A stretch of 60,075 nt of DNA from Hyphomicrobiales bacterium (GTDB lineage: Bacteria; Pseudomonadota; Alphaproteobacteria; Rhizobiales; JAKIUO01). Below, piece by piece: positions 33,033-42,905 of this stretch. The position numbers and the translations under genes were made by a program. The notes beneath the pieces are model-generated. The model worked only from the letters and a program-made list of their open reading frames with translations, searched no databases and was not told the origin of the DNA. The stretch lies in NCBI GenBank assembly GCA_027069645.1, contig JALXEI010000159.1, forward strand, positions 1-60,075, read 5' to 3'. How positions within the stretch are numbered: position 1 is the stretch's first letter; each line of letters begins with the position of its first letter.

Positions 33033-34379
33033 CTACGCGTCCTCGTCTTCTGCCATCAGCTCCTCACGAGACACCTTTTTATCCTGGACATCTATCAGTT
33101 CCAGCAGGTAGTCCACGACTTTTTCTTCCAGCATGGGCGCACGTATTTCGGCAACCGCAGCCGGGTTCTTCTGATAGAAGTCCACAACCTGCTGTTCCTG
33201 CCCCGGAAACTGACGGATTCGCTCACTGAGCGCCGCGCTCACTTCCTTGTCGGTGACCGTGATTTTGTTCTTTTCGGCAATTTGCGACAAAATCAGACCA
33301 AGACGCACCCTGCGTTCGGCAATCTTTTTGTATTTTTGCCGGGCCTCTTCTTCACTTTCCTCGCCATCTTCTCCAAAATTTTTACCTTCATCACCCATTT
33401 TATGGGTAACCTGTTCAAATATTCCCTCAAATTCATTATCGACGAGAGAGGGAGGAAGTTCAAAGTCATGTGCATCATCAAGAGCGTCCATGATCTGCTT
33501 TTTCAGTTTTTCGCGTGCGATTCCTTCATATTCCTGAGCGATCCCGCCCGCAACCGCTTCGCGCAGGGCTTCCAGCGTTTCAAATCCGACAGTTTTGGCA
33601 AAATCGTCATTGACTTCCGGTTTCGACGGCTCTCCCACTTCGATCACATGGACATCAAACTGTGCGGTCTTGCCTGCCAGGTGAGCAGCGCTGTAGTCGT
33701 CCGGAAACGCTCCTTCAACCGTGAGTTTATCCCCGGCTTTTGCCCCCAGCAACCCTTCTTCAAAACCGGGAATAAAGCTTTTGCTACCCAAAACGAGAAA
33801 AGCACCCTCGGCGCTGCCACCCTCGAATTTTTCCCCGTCAAGCATACCTGTAAAATCGAGTGTCAGGCGATCCTTTTCCTTTGCTGCACGATCTACAGGA
33901 TTGTAACTGATACTTTTTTCAACAAGCTCCTCGATACCGGCATCAATTTCCTTTTCCTCAACATCGACGACCGGTTTTTCGACCTTTATTTTTGAAACAT
34001 CGGCCATTTCAAAATCGGGCAGAATTTCATATGACATAACATAGGAGAGATCCATTTTGCCATCGAGAATCTGTTCAACCTCCTTTTCATCCTCGGTCAT
34101 ACTGATGCGGGGCTGAAAAGCCGGACGCTCCTTGCGCTCCTGCAAGGCGGAGTCGCTGGCTTCACTCACCTCTCTTTGAATAATCTCACCCATGACGGAT
34201 TTACCATAGAGACGCCGCAGGTAATCAAGAGGCACTTTTCCGGGGCGAAACCCCTTGAGTTGCACCTTTCCCTTCATTTTTTTGAGTTCGGCCTCAAGTT
34301 TTGCTTCCAGATCCTCGGCTGTGACGATGATTTCCAACTCGCGTTTCAAACCATCTGAGAGTTTTTCGGTAACCTGCAT
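33033..34379 (-). CDS. tig: Trigger factor
   Basis: 448 aa, MQVTEKLSDGLKRELEIIV...GFRPGKVP ribosome-binding signature, with the classic position upstream of clpP-clpX-lon. Confidence 0.93.
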   Translation of the reverse strand: MQVTEKLSDGLKRELEIIVTAEDLEAKLEAELKKMKGKVQLKGFRPGKVPLDYLRRLYGKSVMGEIIQREVSEASDSALQERKERPAFQPRISMTEDEKEVEQILDGKMDLSYVMSYEILPDFEMADVSKIKVEKPVVDVEEKEIDAGIEELVEKSISYNPVDRAAKEKDRLTLDFTGMLDGEKFEGGSAEGAFLVLGSKSFIPGFEEGLLGAKAGDKLTVEGAFPDDYSAAHLAGKTAQFDVHVIEVGEPSKPEVNDDFAKTVGFETLEALREAVAGGIAQEYEGIAREKLKKQIMDALDDAHDFELPPSLVDNEFEGIFEQVTHKMGDEGKNFGEDGEESEEEARQKYKKIAERRVRLGLILSQIAEKNKITVTDKEVSAALSERIRQFPGQEQQVVDFYQKNPAAVAEIRAPMLEEKVVDYLLELIDVQDKKVSREELMAEDEDA

Positions 34380-34443
34380 ATTTTTCCTGGAATGTGGCTG
34401 CCGTGGCAGGCCCCACTCTTTACCTTCCTGACTGAATTAATCC

Positions 34444-34528
<85 letters not shown>

Positions 34529-35231
34529 CTGTCCCGGTCGTTGCCGATCACGGCAGCAAACTTCCCGGATGTCTTTGTTTTCTTATTCCGTTTTGTATGG
34601 GTCGAAATAAAGCTGGACAAGTAAAATCGGAACACCTGAACCGGCATTCACAAAAGAGTTCCCTCTTATATGTCGAAAAATTGCACCTGTTAAGCCCTAT
34701 TTTTGTGATCGCGATCAGAGTTGACAGGAAGAGGTGGGCAGATCATCGCCGACAAACCGTCGCAAAGCGCGAAAACCGGCTTCGACTGCCAGTAGCCCTG
34801 GTTTCAACATTTCGCATGCAAGCGGGGACAGGAGGACTATTTCGATGTTAGCAGCAATAAAAGGCTAAGTGCATAGGTCATGGGCAGCAAGGCAGCCCAA
34901 AAATCGAGGTTCAAATTGAAGCCGGTGCTGTAGAGGGAAAAACCCGACCACGCAACACCTGAAAGGATCAGCAGTTTTTTCACTTTCAACCTCACAAATT
35001 GCCGAACCGGGATCTCCTGTTGGCACCAAAAACAACGAACATATGTTCCGGCACAGTTACAGCAAATACCATGCCACACATGCCATCCTCACGATATCCA
35101 ATCAACAAAGGCATACGTTATTCAGGTGACAACCGGACGATTCTCGGGCAACCTTGTTGCCAGATGGTCCTCCGGAATATCATTATATCTCTATCGATTG
35201 AAAAAACTCTTAATGACGGACGGCAAGACGC

Positions 35232-36272
35232 ATGAACTCTGACATTGATGATTCCGTACTGACCATGATTGGCCGGACACCGCTGATCAAATTGCGCAAG
35301 GCGTCGGAACAAACCGGTTGCACAATCCTTGGAAAAGCCGAGTTTCTCAATCCGGGCCAATCCGTCAAGGATCGCGCGGCCCTTTATATCATCAGGGATG
35401 CCATTGCCCGCGGAAAACTTCACCCTGGCGGGACAGTTGTCGAGGGAACTGCCGGAAATACCGGCATCGGCCTTACTGTTGTTGCCCGTGCCCTCGGTTT
35501 TGAAACGGTTATCGTTATTCCCGATACGCAATCGCAGGAAAAGAAAGATGCCTTGCGCCTTCAGGGGGCTCAACTCGTCGAGGTTCCCGCAGCTCCCTAC
35601 AAGGATCCCAATAATTTCGTGCATTATTCCAGGCGACTGGCTGAAAAACTGGCGCAAACCGAAGTGAACGGAGCCATATGGGCCAACCAGTTCGATAACC
35701 TTGCCAACCGACAGGCTCATATCGAAACAACTGCTGTCGAGATCATGGAGCAAACGGGCGGGGCAGTTGATGGTTTCATATGTGCCGTCGGGAGTGGTGG
35801 AACTCTGGCGGGTGTTGCCCTGGGCCTGAGAGAGCGGAAACCCGAAATAAGAATAGGACTCGCAGACCCGATGGGAGCTGCACTTTACAGCTATTACACG
35901 ACAGGCGAACTGGCATCGAGCGGTTCATCCATAATGGAAGGGATCGGTCAGGGGCGGATTACTGCCAACCTGGAAGGGCTTGAAATCGATCACGCCTGGC
36001 AATTTGAGGATGCAGAGGCTTTGCCACTCCTGTTTGACCTCGTCACAAAAGAGGGCCTGTGTCTCGGAGGCTCCAGCGGTATCAATATTGCCGGGGCGAT
36101 TGCAATGGCCGAAGAACTTGGGCCAGACAAAACCATTGTCACCATTCTTGCCGATTACGGAACCCGATATCAGAGCAAATTGTTCAACCCGACTTTTCTG
36201 CGCGAGAAAAACCTGCCGGTCCCCGCCTGGCTGAGTGAAAAGGGAGATGATTTGCCGGATGTCTCGGTATAG
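35232..36272 (+). CDS. PLP-dependent cysteine synthase / CBS-family enzyme (CysK-like)
   Basis: 346 aa with the lysine motif NPGQSVKDRAALYII and glycine loop GTAGNTGIGL, plus GSGGTLAG, all typical of fold-type II PLP O-acetylserine sulfhydrylase-like enzymes. Confidence 0.8.
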   Translation: MNSDIDDSVLTMIGRTPLIKLRKASEQTGCTILGKAEFLNPGQSVKDRAALYIIRDAIARGKLHPGGTVVEGTAGNTGIGLTVVARALGFETVIVIPDTQSQEKKDALRLQGAQLVEVPAAPYKDPNNFVHYSRRLAEKLAQTEVNGAIWANQFDNLANRQAHIETTAVEIMEQTGGAVDGFICAVGSGGTLAGVALGLRERKPEIRIGLADPMGAALYSYYTTGELASSGSSIMEGIGQGRITANLEGLEIDHAWQFEDAEALPLLFDLVTKEGLCLGGSSGINIAGAIAMAEELGPDKTIVTILADYGTRYQSKLFNPTFLREKNLPVPAWLSEKGDDLPDVSV

Positions 36273-36419
36273 GGTTTCCACCAAATGAAGATCAAAAATA
36301 CAAGGCAGCGGGAAGCCCTGACAAAGGTAAAAAAAATTGGTGACAAAACATTAAGAGTTCTGGTATAGCTTCCCACTCGCAGGCTGGAACAGCGTTTCTT
36401 TTACCGGTCTGTCAAATAT

Positions 36420-36495
36420 TCCCCGGTAGCTCAGTTGGTAGAGCAAGCGGCTGTTAACCGCTTTGTCGCAAGTTCGAGTCTTGCCCGGGGAGCCA
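36420..36495 (+). tRNA. tRNA-Asn: tRNA-Asn (GUU)
   Basis: TCCCCGGTAGCTCAGTTGGTAGAGCAAGCGGCTGTTAACCGCTTTGTCGCAAGTTCGAGTCTTGCCCGGGGAGCCA. Anticodon loop CTGTTAA. Confidence 0.92.
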
Positions 36496-36571
36496 TTTTC
36501 CTGCCCGTCGTCGCGAAACACGTTTTGACGGTTCCCGGCAAATTTTCTCTCTGTATTGCGAAATCTGCTGA

Positions 36572-37738
36572 CTATCTGCCGAGGCGAAAACTGACGGGAA
36601 CAATAACCGTCGCCGAAACAGCCTTGCCATTTCGCATTGCCGGTCGGAAGCGCCAGCGTCGCACGGCTCCAATAGCAGCCCGGTCCAGCAAACCGTATCC
36701 GCTTGATTTTGAAATCCGTACAGAACGCGCCCGTCCGTTGATACCGACATGAACTCTGAGCAGCACCCGGCCCTGTTGATGGCGCCTGCGTGCCTCCAGC
36801 GGATATCGAGGGCGCGGATTGCTCAGTCCCGCCCCGCTATACCCGGCGCCCTGTGTGCGACCGTTTTTCGCGCGACCTTTCTTGCGAATTCCCCTGCCAG
36901 CGGCCCTACCCCTTGATGCCATGTGACGCTGGCGCCGTCCCTTCTTTTCACCAACCTTGCCCTTCTTGCGTACCTTCTTGGCAAAAGCGCGCTTCCGCTT
37001 TTTTGCCGGAACGTCTCTGCTCTTTTTCACGAGGGTGATCTTTTTTCTGCGGGACTTCTTTTTTTGCACCGATGAAGACGCACGATCATGCTTTTTCGTT
37101 TGATGACCAGGAAGTTTTTTTACAGCTCTGTCTGCGGTAGGATCTTTGCGCGAAGCTGATACTGGCCCAGGTCGATCAGGCTTTTTTTCTGAAGGCCGTT
37201 TTTCTGTTTTTGTTCCGGATCGCTTCACCGGTCTTGCAATTACCGTATTTTCTGCATTTTCGGATGATGACGCCATCTTTGAAGCCAGACGGGCCAGTTG
37301 ATCAAAAACCGGTGTTTTTACAATATGAACCGTCTGACGCTGCTCTGTAACAGCCGGTTTCTCCTGTTCGTTCAAAACAGGTTTCGACTTGCGTCGCGCC
37401 TTTTCCGTCTCCTCCATTCTACCGGTTTTCGAAAGTATCCGGGGCACCGGCTTTTTCCTTGCAGTATCGCTTTCTGTTCCGGCAACAGAGCGAATCTCGC
37501 TATGTGTTTTCCTCGCCGAACTTGCACCCTGCTGAAAGGACATGAGATCGACAACGACCATGCGGAATTTTGGAGGTGTATCGGTCTTTTCGGGGGCAAG
37601 GGCCGGAGCGGCATAAATCATGGCGATGGCCGCAAGTCCATGCAGACAAAGAGAAGCAATAACCGCCAAAACAAAACCGACAGAACCGGCATAATGCCCC
37701 TTTGCGCCGCCATTCTGTTGTTGCTTTTCCATCTTCAT
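36572..37738 (-). CDS. tonB: TonB family energy transducer with an atypical Lys/Arg-rich linker
   Basis: N-terminal TM (VGFVLAVIASLCLHGLAAIAMIYAA) and a C-terminal TonB domain (YPLEARRRHQQGRVLLRVHVGINGRARSVRISKSSGYGLLDRAAIGAVRRWRFRPAMRNGKAV). ATGA overlap with the upstream ATPase gene. Confidence 0.8.
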   Translation of the reverse strand: MKMEKQQQNGGAKGHYAGSVGFVLAVIASLCLHGLAAIAMIYAAPALAPEKTDTPPKFRMVVVDLMSFQQGASSARKTHSEIRSVAGTESDTARKKPVPRILSKTGRMEETEKARRKSKPVLNEQEKPAVTEQRQTVHIVKTPVFDQLARLASKMASSSENAENTVIARPVKRSGTKTEKRPSEKKPDRPGPVSASRKDPTADRAVKKLPGHQTKKHDRASSSVQKKKSRRKKITLVKKSRDVPAKKRKRAFAKKVRKKGKVGEKKGRRQRHMASRGRAAGRGIRKKGRAKNGRTQGAGYSGAGLSNPRPRYPLEARRRHQQGRVLLRVHVGINGRARSVRISKSSGYGLLDRAAIGAVRRWRFRPAMRNGKAVSATVIVPVSFRLGR

Positions 37739-38517
37739 GGCGTCGGTTCCGCCACTTCGAGAGGAAGAATTGAAGGGTATGATCCGGACCAGTCGGTTTT
37801 GGCCCTGATGGAATAGACTTCCTCCAGGGCGGATGCGGCAAGAACCTTCCGAGGCGCGCCTTCGTCATAAATCCTGCCTTTTGAAAGCAGAACAAGTCTG
37901 TCACAAAATCGTGCCGCCAGACCGAGATCGTGCAATACAAGAATAACTGACAGCCCCTGCTTGCTGACGGCTGACAGATGGTGCAGCAATCTCAGCTTGT
38001 GGGCCGGATCCAGCCCCGCTGTCGGTTCATCCGCCAACAATATTTTCGGGGTTTGTGCAAGCGCACGGGCCAGCAAAACCCGCGCAAGCTCGCCGCCAGA
38101 CAGCTCGTTTGCGGCGCGGTGAGCAAGACTCTCAATCGACATCGCCGACAGGGCTGAATCAACAACCTCCCTGTCCGCGGCATCGGGAAGCCGCAATGGA
38201 CGCCGATAAGGCAAACGTCCCATTGCAACCAGATCATATACAGTTATCGGCCAGTAAACGACATGCTCCTGTGGCAGGAAAGCGAGATTTTGCGCGCGCT
38301 CCCTGACAGATATATCTGAAATTTTTTTCTTATCAAATCGCACTTCCCCGCCTGTTGGTGTCAGCAACCCCGCCATAACTTTCAGCAATGTGGATTTTCC
38401 AGCGCCATTGGGGCCGATCAGACCAACGATTTTACCTGGAGACGAAGACAGGGAAACCCTGTCAAGCAGGCACCGTCCTCCTCTTTCGACAACAATATTG
38501 CGCCCTTCAAGTTTCAT
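37735..38517 (-). CDS. ABC transporter ATP-binding protein (BtuD/FecE type)
   Basis: Walker A GPNGAGKST, signature LSGGELARV, Walker B ILLADEP, 260 aa. Confidence 0.88.
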   Translation of the reverse strand: MKLEGRNIVVERGGRCLLDRVSLSSSPGKIVGLIGPNGAGKSTLLKVMAGLLTPTGGEVRFDKKKISDISVRERAQNLAFLPQEHVVYWPITVYDLVAMGRLPYRRPLRLPDAADREVVDSALSAMSIESLAHRAANELSGGELARVLLARALAQTPKILLADEPTAGLDPAHKLRLLHHLSAVSKQGLSVILVLHDLGLAARFCDRLVLLSKGRIYDEGAPRKVLAASALEEVYSIRAKTDWSGSYPSILPLEVAEPTP

Positions 38518-39542
38518 TGCATCATTCTCCGTCGCGCATTGAGAATGAGCATCATAAAGAATGGCACCCCCAGCAGGGAGGTCAACACACCAAGTTTCAT
38601 CTCACGCTCGGGCGTTACCACGCGCACAAGAATATCGGAACCCAGCAACAGACATGCGCCGGCCAGAGCGGCGAGCAGCAGCAGGCGGCTGGGCCGCCCC
38701 CCGCAAAAGGGTCGCATGAAATGGGGCGCCACAAGACCCACAAAGCCAATCACACCGGAAACTGATGTTGCCGCCCCTACCCCGAGCGCCGTCCCTGCGA
38801 TCAGGAGGATTTGTGTTTTTTTCATATCCACGCCCATTGAAACAGCGACATCCTCACCCAGACTGATGGCATCGAGAGCGCGTCCCAAAGTCAGCAAAAG
38901 CACACCGCCAAGCAGGATAAAAGGCGTTACCAGCCTGACATGATCCATACTGCGGTCTGCAAGTGATCCCATCAGCCAGAACACAATTTCAAGGGCCGCG
39001 AACGGATTGGGAGACATGTTGAGCGCCAGACTGGTCAGTGCACCGGTAAAAGCACTGATGGCTATCCCGGCAAGAATAAGGGTGAGCGGACTGCCCTTTG
39101 ATCCTGCCAGCAAATAGACCGAGGTCGCCGCAACAAGAGCGCCTGCAATCCCGCACAGGGGAACGGCAAATTCAAACGAAGCTGCGAGGCCATAATAAAG
39201 GGCCATGACCGCGCCAAGGGCCGCGCCGCCCGATACGCCGATCAGACCCGGCTCGGCCAGAGGGTTGTGCAGCCAGCCCTGAAGCGCCGCCCCTGACAGC
39301 CCCAGTGTCAAACCGATCAATAGCGCCAGCAGCGCACGTGGCAGGCGTATCTCGCGGATCACAAGAGCAACCGCCTCCCCGGTTTCATCAGAACCGGCAA
39401 GCACACGCAAAACACGAAGCGGCGACAGATGGACGGCACCTGTCAGGAGTGACAGGACAAACAACGCCATAACCGCTATAAGCAGCAATAAAATCGCCAG
39501 TCTGTAACTGGTAACCGGTACGGGAATCCGTCTACTCTCCAT
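38514..39542 (-). CDS. FecCD-family ABC permease (BtuC-like)
   Basis: Polytopic FecCD-type permease (RLPRALLALLIGLTLGLSGAALQG). The start was chosen at MESRR (39542), overlapping the stop of the binding-protein gene; the ORF extends to 39629. Confidence 0.85.
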   Translation of the reverse strand: MESRRIPVPVTSYRLAILLLLIAVMALFVLSLLTGAVHLSPLRVLRVLAGSDETGEAVALVIREIRLPRALLALLIGLTLGLSGAALQGWLHNPLAEPGLIGVSGGAALGAVMALYYGLAASFEFAVPLCGIAGALVAATSVYLLAGSKGSPLTLILAGIAISAFTGALTSLALNMSPNPFAALEIVFWLMGSLADRSMDHVRLVTPFILLGGVLLLTLGRALDAISLGEDVAVSMGVDMKKTQILLIAGTALGVGAATSVSGVIGFVGLVAPHFMRPFCGGRPSRLLLLAALAGACLLLGSDILVRVVTPEREMKLGVLTSLLGVPFFMMLILNARRRMMQ

Positions 39543-40449
39543 TCCCGCCCCCTGTGCGCCCGGAACCAAAATGGCGCCGTCGAAATCCGGCCAGTGCCCT
39601 GATGGCCCTGATTGTTTCCGGTGTACCACAAACCGTCAGGGCGTTCTCCAGCGCCATGGCCGGTCGATGCCTTGTCAGATAACGCAAAACCGGGTGGCGA
39701 AACAGTTCATAGGCCAGAGCCGTTCCAGCATAGCTTCTTTGCCCGACAACAATTGCATCGGGACGGGCAAGGAGCAGTTGCTCAAGGGAAACTTTTTGCG
39801 TCCCCGAAAAGGGCAGCTTCTCACCAGGCGTTGCAAAACCGCTTTTGCGCACAACGCTATCTGCAAGCGTGTTGGTACCCGCGGAATAGCCATTGGCAAA
39901 ATAGAGGGCCGCCAGAGGGCGCTTTGCTTTGGCATTGGCCTTATCATCGGATCCATAGCGGGCAAGCTGTTTCCCAAGCCTCAAAACCAGTTTTTCAGCC
40001 TTCTTTTCTTCGCCAACGGCCTTTCCGATCGTACGGATATTGCGGACAATATCGGCGATGCCTGTCGCGGGCGGGATAACCACAACCCTGTATTTCAGTT
40101 TCTTCAACAGGCTGACGGTCGCGCGCGATGTATAGCTTCCCGCAAGAACAAGATCGGGCTTTAGCAACAAAACCTCTTCGGCCTTGCCCCAGGTGATCGG
40201 CAGTTTTTGCGCTATCCCGACCATCACCGAACTTGCCGGATCACGGGCCAGAAATGTCACCGCTGCAATGCGTTCGGGTTCAACCAGCATCATCAGCAAC
40301 TGATCGGTGCAAAGGTTCAGAGATACGATGCGTCCGGGACGTTGCGCCGGTGGTGCTTTTGCAGCAAAAGCACCACCGCACACACACAACAGGACAGAGA
40401 GCGCCAGCACGTCAATGGCTTTTACGGTCTGCAACCAGTTGTATGGCAC
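39532..40449 (-). CDS. Periplasmic substrate-binding protein, class III (BtuF/HmuT-like)
   Basis: 305 aa with a signal peptide (AIDVLALSVLLCVCGGAFA) and RIVSLNLCTDQLLMML...LKPDLVL motifs of the Peripla_BP_2 type. Confidence 0.8.
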   Translation of the reverse strand: MPYNWLQTVKAIDVLALSVLLCVCGGAFAAKAPPAQRPGRIVSLNLCTDQLLMMLVEPERIAAVTFLARDPASSVMVGIAQKLPITWGKAEEVLLLKPDLVLAGSYTSRATVSLLKKLKYRVVVIPPATGIADIVRNIRTIGKAVGEEKKAEKLVLRLGKQLARYGSDDKANAKAKRPLAALYFANGYSAGTNTLADSVVRKSGFATPGEKLPFSGTQKVSLEQLLLARPDAIVVGQRSYAGTALAYELFRHPVLRYLTRHRPAMALENALTVCGTPETIRAIRALAGFRRRHFGSGRTGGGNGE

Positions 40450-40467
40450 TTTCCCTGCCCTTTCCCT

Positions 40468-42387
40468 TTAATCTGAAAGTTTTATGCGAACACCCCCGTA
40501 CACGGACAATGGTGCCGAATTGAAACCTCTTATTTCCTGGTAATTCACATCAAACAGGTTTTCAGCCCGCCCGAATATTTCCATATTATCCGAGAGTTGC
40601 CAGGATGCCGCAAGGTTGACAAGCGTATAGTCATCGCCATCGACAGTTGCGTAAAACTGACCGATATCCTTGACATCAGCCCGATATACGGCTTCCAGAT
40701 TAACCTTTCCCTTCCCTTCCGAAAACAGCCAGGTGATATCCGCAGAGGCTGAATGACGCGGTCGCCGCAATTCCGGGAGACCGTTGGGCTGACGGGAATC
40801 GGTATAGGTGTAATTCCCCGTAATGGTCAGATTGTCCGTCAGGTGAGCTGTTGCCGAAACCTCAACGCCCTTGCGGCGGCTGATCCCGGCAAGATTGACA
40901 GGACGGAAGGGAAAGACGGAAAAGTCAGCCGAAATTTCGTTCGTCAGGTCCGCCTCGAAATAGGTGACATCAATAACATAGTTATGATTGAAAAACCCCT
41001 TTTCAATGCCGACATCCCAGCCGACGGACTCTTCCGGAACGAGGTTGGGGTTGGACGCAAAATTGCCAAAAAAACCGAACTGCTCAATCAGCGTCGGATT
41101 CTGGATACCCTTGCCATAACTGCCATGAACACGCACATCAAAAGAGGGTTCGCGATAGCTTGCCCCGATTTTGTAGGTCGTTGCATTTTCGAAACTGTCG
41201 TTGTCGTCATAACGCACATTCGCCGACAGAAAGAACTGTTCCATAATACCAAGACGATATTCCGCAACATAGCCGGTCTGATTACGTTTGCGCTCGCCGG
41301 CGATATTCGAACTGATCAGACTCTCGCTCGTATAGTCAACAAGACCACTAAGGGAATGAGTCATACCGTTTGAACCGAAGTTCAACTGGCTGAGATAGCT
41401 GAATTTTGTCCGGTTGCCGTTGTTGAAACCGTTACCAAACACGCTCGACACATTGTTGAAGTTATCACCGAGAAACTCGCCGTGAAATTTTTGCAGCCAG
41501 GCGCCGTCGAACAGATTCAGCGTCCCGGTCAGTTGTCCCATGTTTTGTCGCCGTTCGTTATGCGGCCCGGCAACATCTTCCAGAACATTGTCACCAAAGC
41601 CGGGTCCTGTATCCTCGTCAATGTCATTGCGGTTGCGTTGATGACGCAACATGCCGTCAATACGGAAAACGGGGGAAAAGGCATAACCGCCGCGCGCAAA
41701 AAATGTCGCCTGGCGGCTGGCATCATCCTCACTCCCGACAGAGGCAATGTTAAAACCCTGCGTTTCGCGTACCGCTCCCGACAGACTGATATATCCGTCA
41801 TCATTTCCTGTTGAAATATTTCCCGAGGCCAGATAACTACCACGACTGCCCCCCTCAAGTGTTGCCGAGACCGCTGGCCTGCCGCTTCCCTTTCGGGTTA
41901 TGATATTAATGACACCGGAAAGCGCATTGCCGCCATATATGCCACTCTGGGGCCCTCGCAACACTTCAATGCGTTCGATATCTGCTGCCAGAAGCGTGGC
42001 AAAATCAAAGTCGCCACCGCTGACCGAATTGACCGTTACCCCGTCAATCAGCACTCTGGTGTGGTTGCTCTCGCCACCGCGGATGCGTACGGCGGTCAAT
42101 GACCCTGCCCCCCCGGCTCTGTCAAGGTGCAGTCCGGGAATGGCCCGCAGGGCATCGGCAGCATGGCGATATTGCCGGTCTTTGATCTGTTGCGCGGTAA
42201 TGACCGTATAGGCCGAGCCGCTGGCTTCGGCCTTTGCTTCGACGCCACCAAGCTGGCTGGCTTCCACAACCACTTCAGGAAGCTGTGTAACCTGCTGAGC
42301 CGACAGGGGCGATATTTCAATCAGTGAGAGAAGGAGCGCCGCACCGGCACATTTCGGCATCAGTGTCGCCGTTTTTTTTCGAGACAT
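40468..42387 (-). CDS. TonB-dependent outer-membrane receptor, probable corrinoid transporter (BtuB-like)
   Basis: From the ATG at 42387 (MSRKKTATLMPKCAGAALLLSLIEISPLSA): TonB box LPEVVVEAS, plug domain, beta-barrel and a C-terminal aromatic-rich end, ~639 aa. A cobalamin riboswitch lies immediately upstream. Confidence 0.85.
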   Translation of the reverse strand: MSRKKTATLMPKCAGAALLLSLIEISPLSAQQVTQLPEVVVEASQLGGVEAKAEASGSAYTVITAQQIKDRQYRHAADALRAIPGLHLDRAGGAGSLTAVRIRGGESNHTRVLIDGVTVNSVSGGDFDFATLLAADIERIEVLRGPQSGIYGGNALSGVINIITRKGSGRPAVSATLEGGSRGSYLASGNISTGNDDGYISLSGAVRETQGFNIASVGSEDDASRQATFFARGGYAFSPVFRIDGMLRHQRNRNDIDEDTGPGFGDNVLEDVAGPHNERRQNMGQLTGTLNLFDGAWLQKFHGEFLGDNFNNVSSVFGNGFNNGNRTKFSYLSQLNFGSNGMTHSLSGLVDYTSESLISSNIAGERKRNQTGYVAEYRLGIMEQFFLSANVRYDDNDSFENATTYKIGASYREPSFDVRVHGSYGKGIQNPTLIEQFGFFGNFASNPNLVPEESVGWDVGIEKGFFNHNYVIDVTYFEADLTNEISADFSVFPFRPVNLAGISRRKGVEVSATAHLTDNLTITGNYTYTDSRQPNGLPELRRPRHSASADITWLFSEGKGKVNLEAVYRADVKDIGQFYATVDGDDYTLVNLAASWQLSDNMEIFGRAENLFDVNYQEIRGFNSAPLSVYGGVRIKLSD

Positions 42388-42589
42388 ATTTGTATTCTCC
42401 GAGATAGCTGAAAAAACAGACCGCCTGCGGAGAACTGCACACCGGATAACGGTGCACCGGATTTCCTGATCAAATGAGGGAATTTCATACTCACAAGACC
42501 CATTGATACCCCGACAGGCGACGAAACAAAACTTCACCGCTCCGGAGGAACCGTTTTTGCGCTCACCCCGAGCACAAAATGGGTGAAAT

Positions 42590-42806
42590 CAACCCGGCAG
42601 GTCTCCTGGCTTGCGGGTCAACACCATTCTTCCACCTTCCCAAAACGGACCGGTTTCAAAAAGCCGGATACCCTTTCAGTGGTTTATGGAAGCGGCTCAC
42701 CGCTTACAGTTGCGGGGGCAGCCAGGGATTCAGAAACGAAAAACGCTCTCCACCCTGTTCCCTTTTCATCCCTTGTCGGCAAATACCGGCAGGGAACCGA
42801 ATTGTG
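42590..42806 (-). promoter_or_regulatory. Cobalamin (B12) riboswitch
   Basis: The minus strand contains GGTTCCC...AAAAGGGAACAGGGTG...GCTGCCCCCGCAACTGTAAGCGG...CCACTG...GGGAAGGTG...AGCCAGGAGACCTGCCG. The last element (42595-42611) is a near-perfect B12 box. The element lies in the 5' leader of the TonB-dependent receptor gene. Confidence 0.85.
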
Positions 42807-42811
42807 TTCCT

Positions 42812-42840
42812 GATATGGCAGAGATAATTTTGCGTGTCAA
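42812..42840 (-). promoter_or_regulatory. Putative sigma-70 promoter driving the riboswitch/btuB-like operon
   Basis: Minus strand TTGACA (42840-42835), a 17-nt spacer, then CATATC (42817-42812). This places the TSS at the 5' edge of the riboswitch. Confidence 0.4.
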
Positions 42841-42905
42841 TCCGATAAAGCGGAACGGGAAACCGGTTTTTGAAGGGCCGTTGTTGCCTGGCAACAGCGG
42901 TCTGA

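Noticed and set aside
34837..35079. 80-aa minus-strand ORF with a Cys-rich N-terminus and a hydrophobic C-terminal half
   Set aside because: It could be a real small membrane protein, but I see no clear SD, no family recognition and no operon context. That is not enough support to call it a gene.
35118..35753. 211-aa minus-strand ORF
   Set aside because: It is antisense to the CysK-like gene, which carries clear PLP-enzyme motifs.
36572..42537. Interpretation of the TonB-dependent receptor / ABC / TonB locus as a haem (hmu/hut-type) or siderophore uptake system
   Set aside because: The leader carries a cobalamin riboswitch with a near-perfect B12 box, and I noticed no Fur/Irr-box-like element. 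Corrinoid uptake is the better-supported call. Substrate specificity is still unproven.
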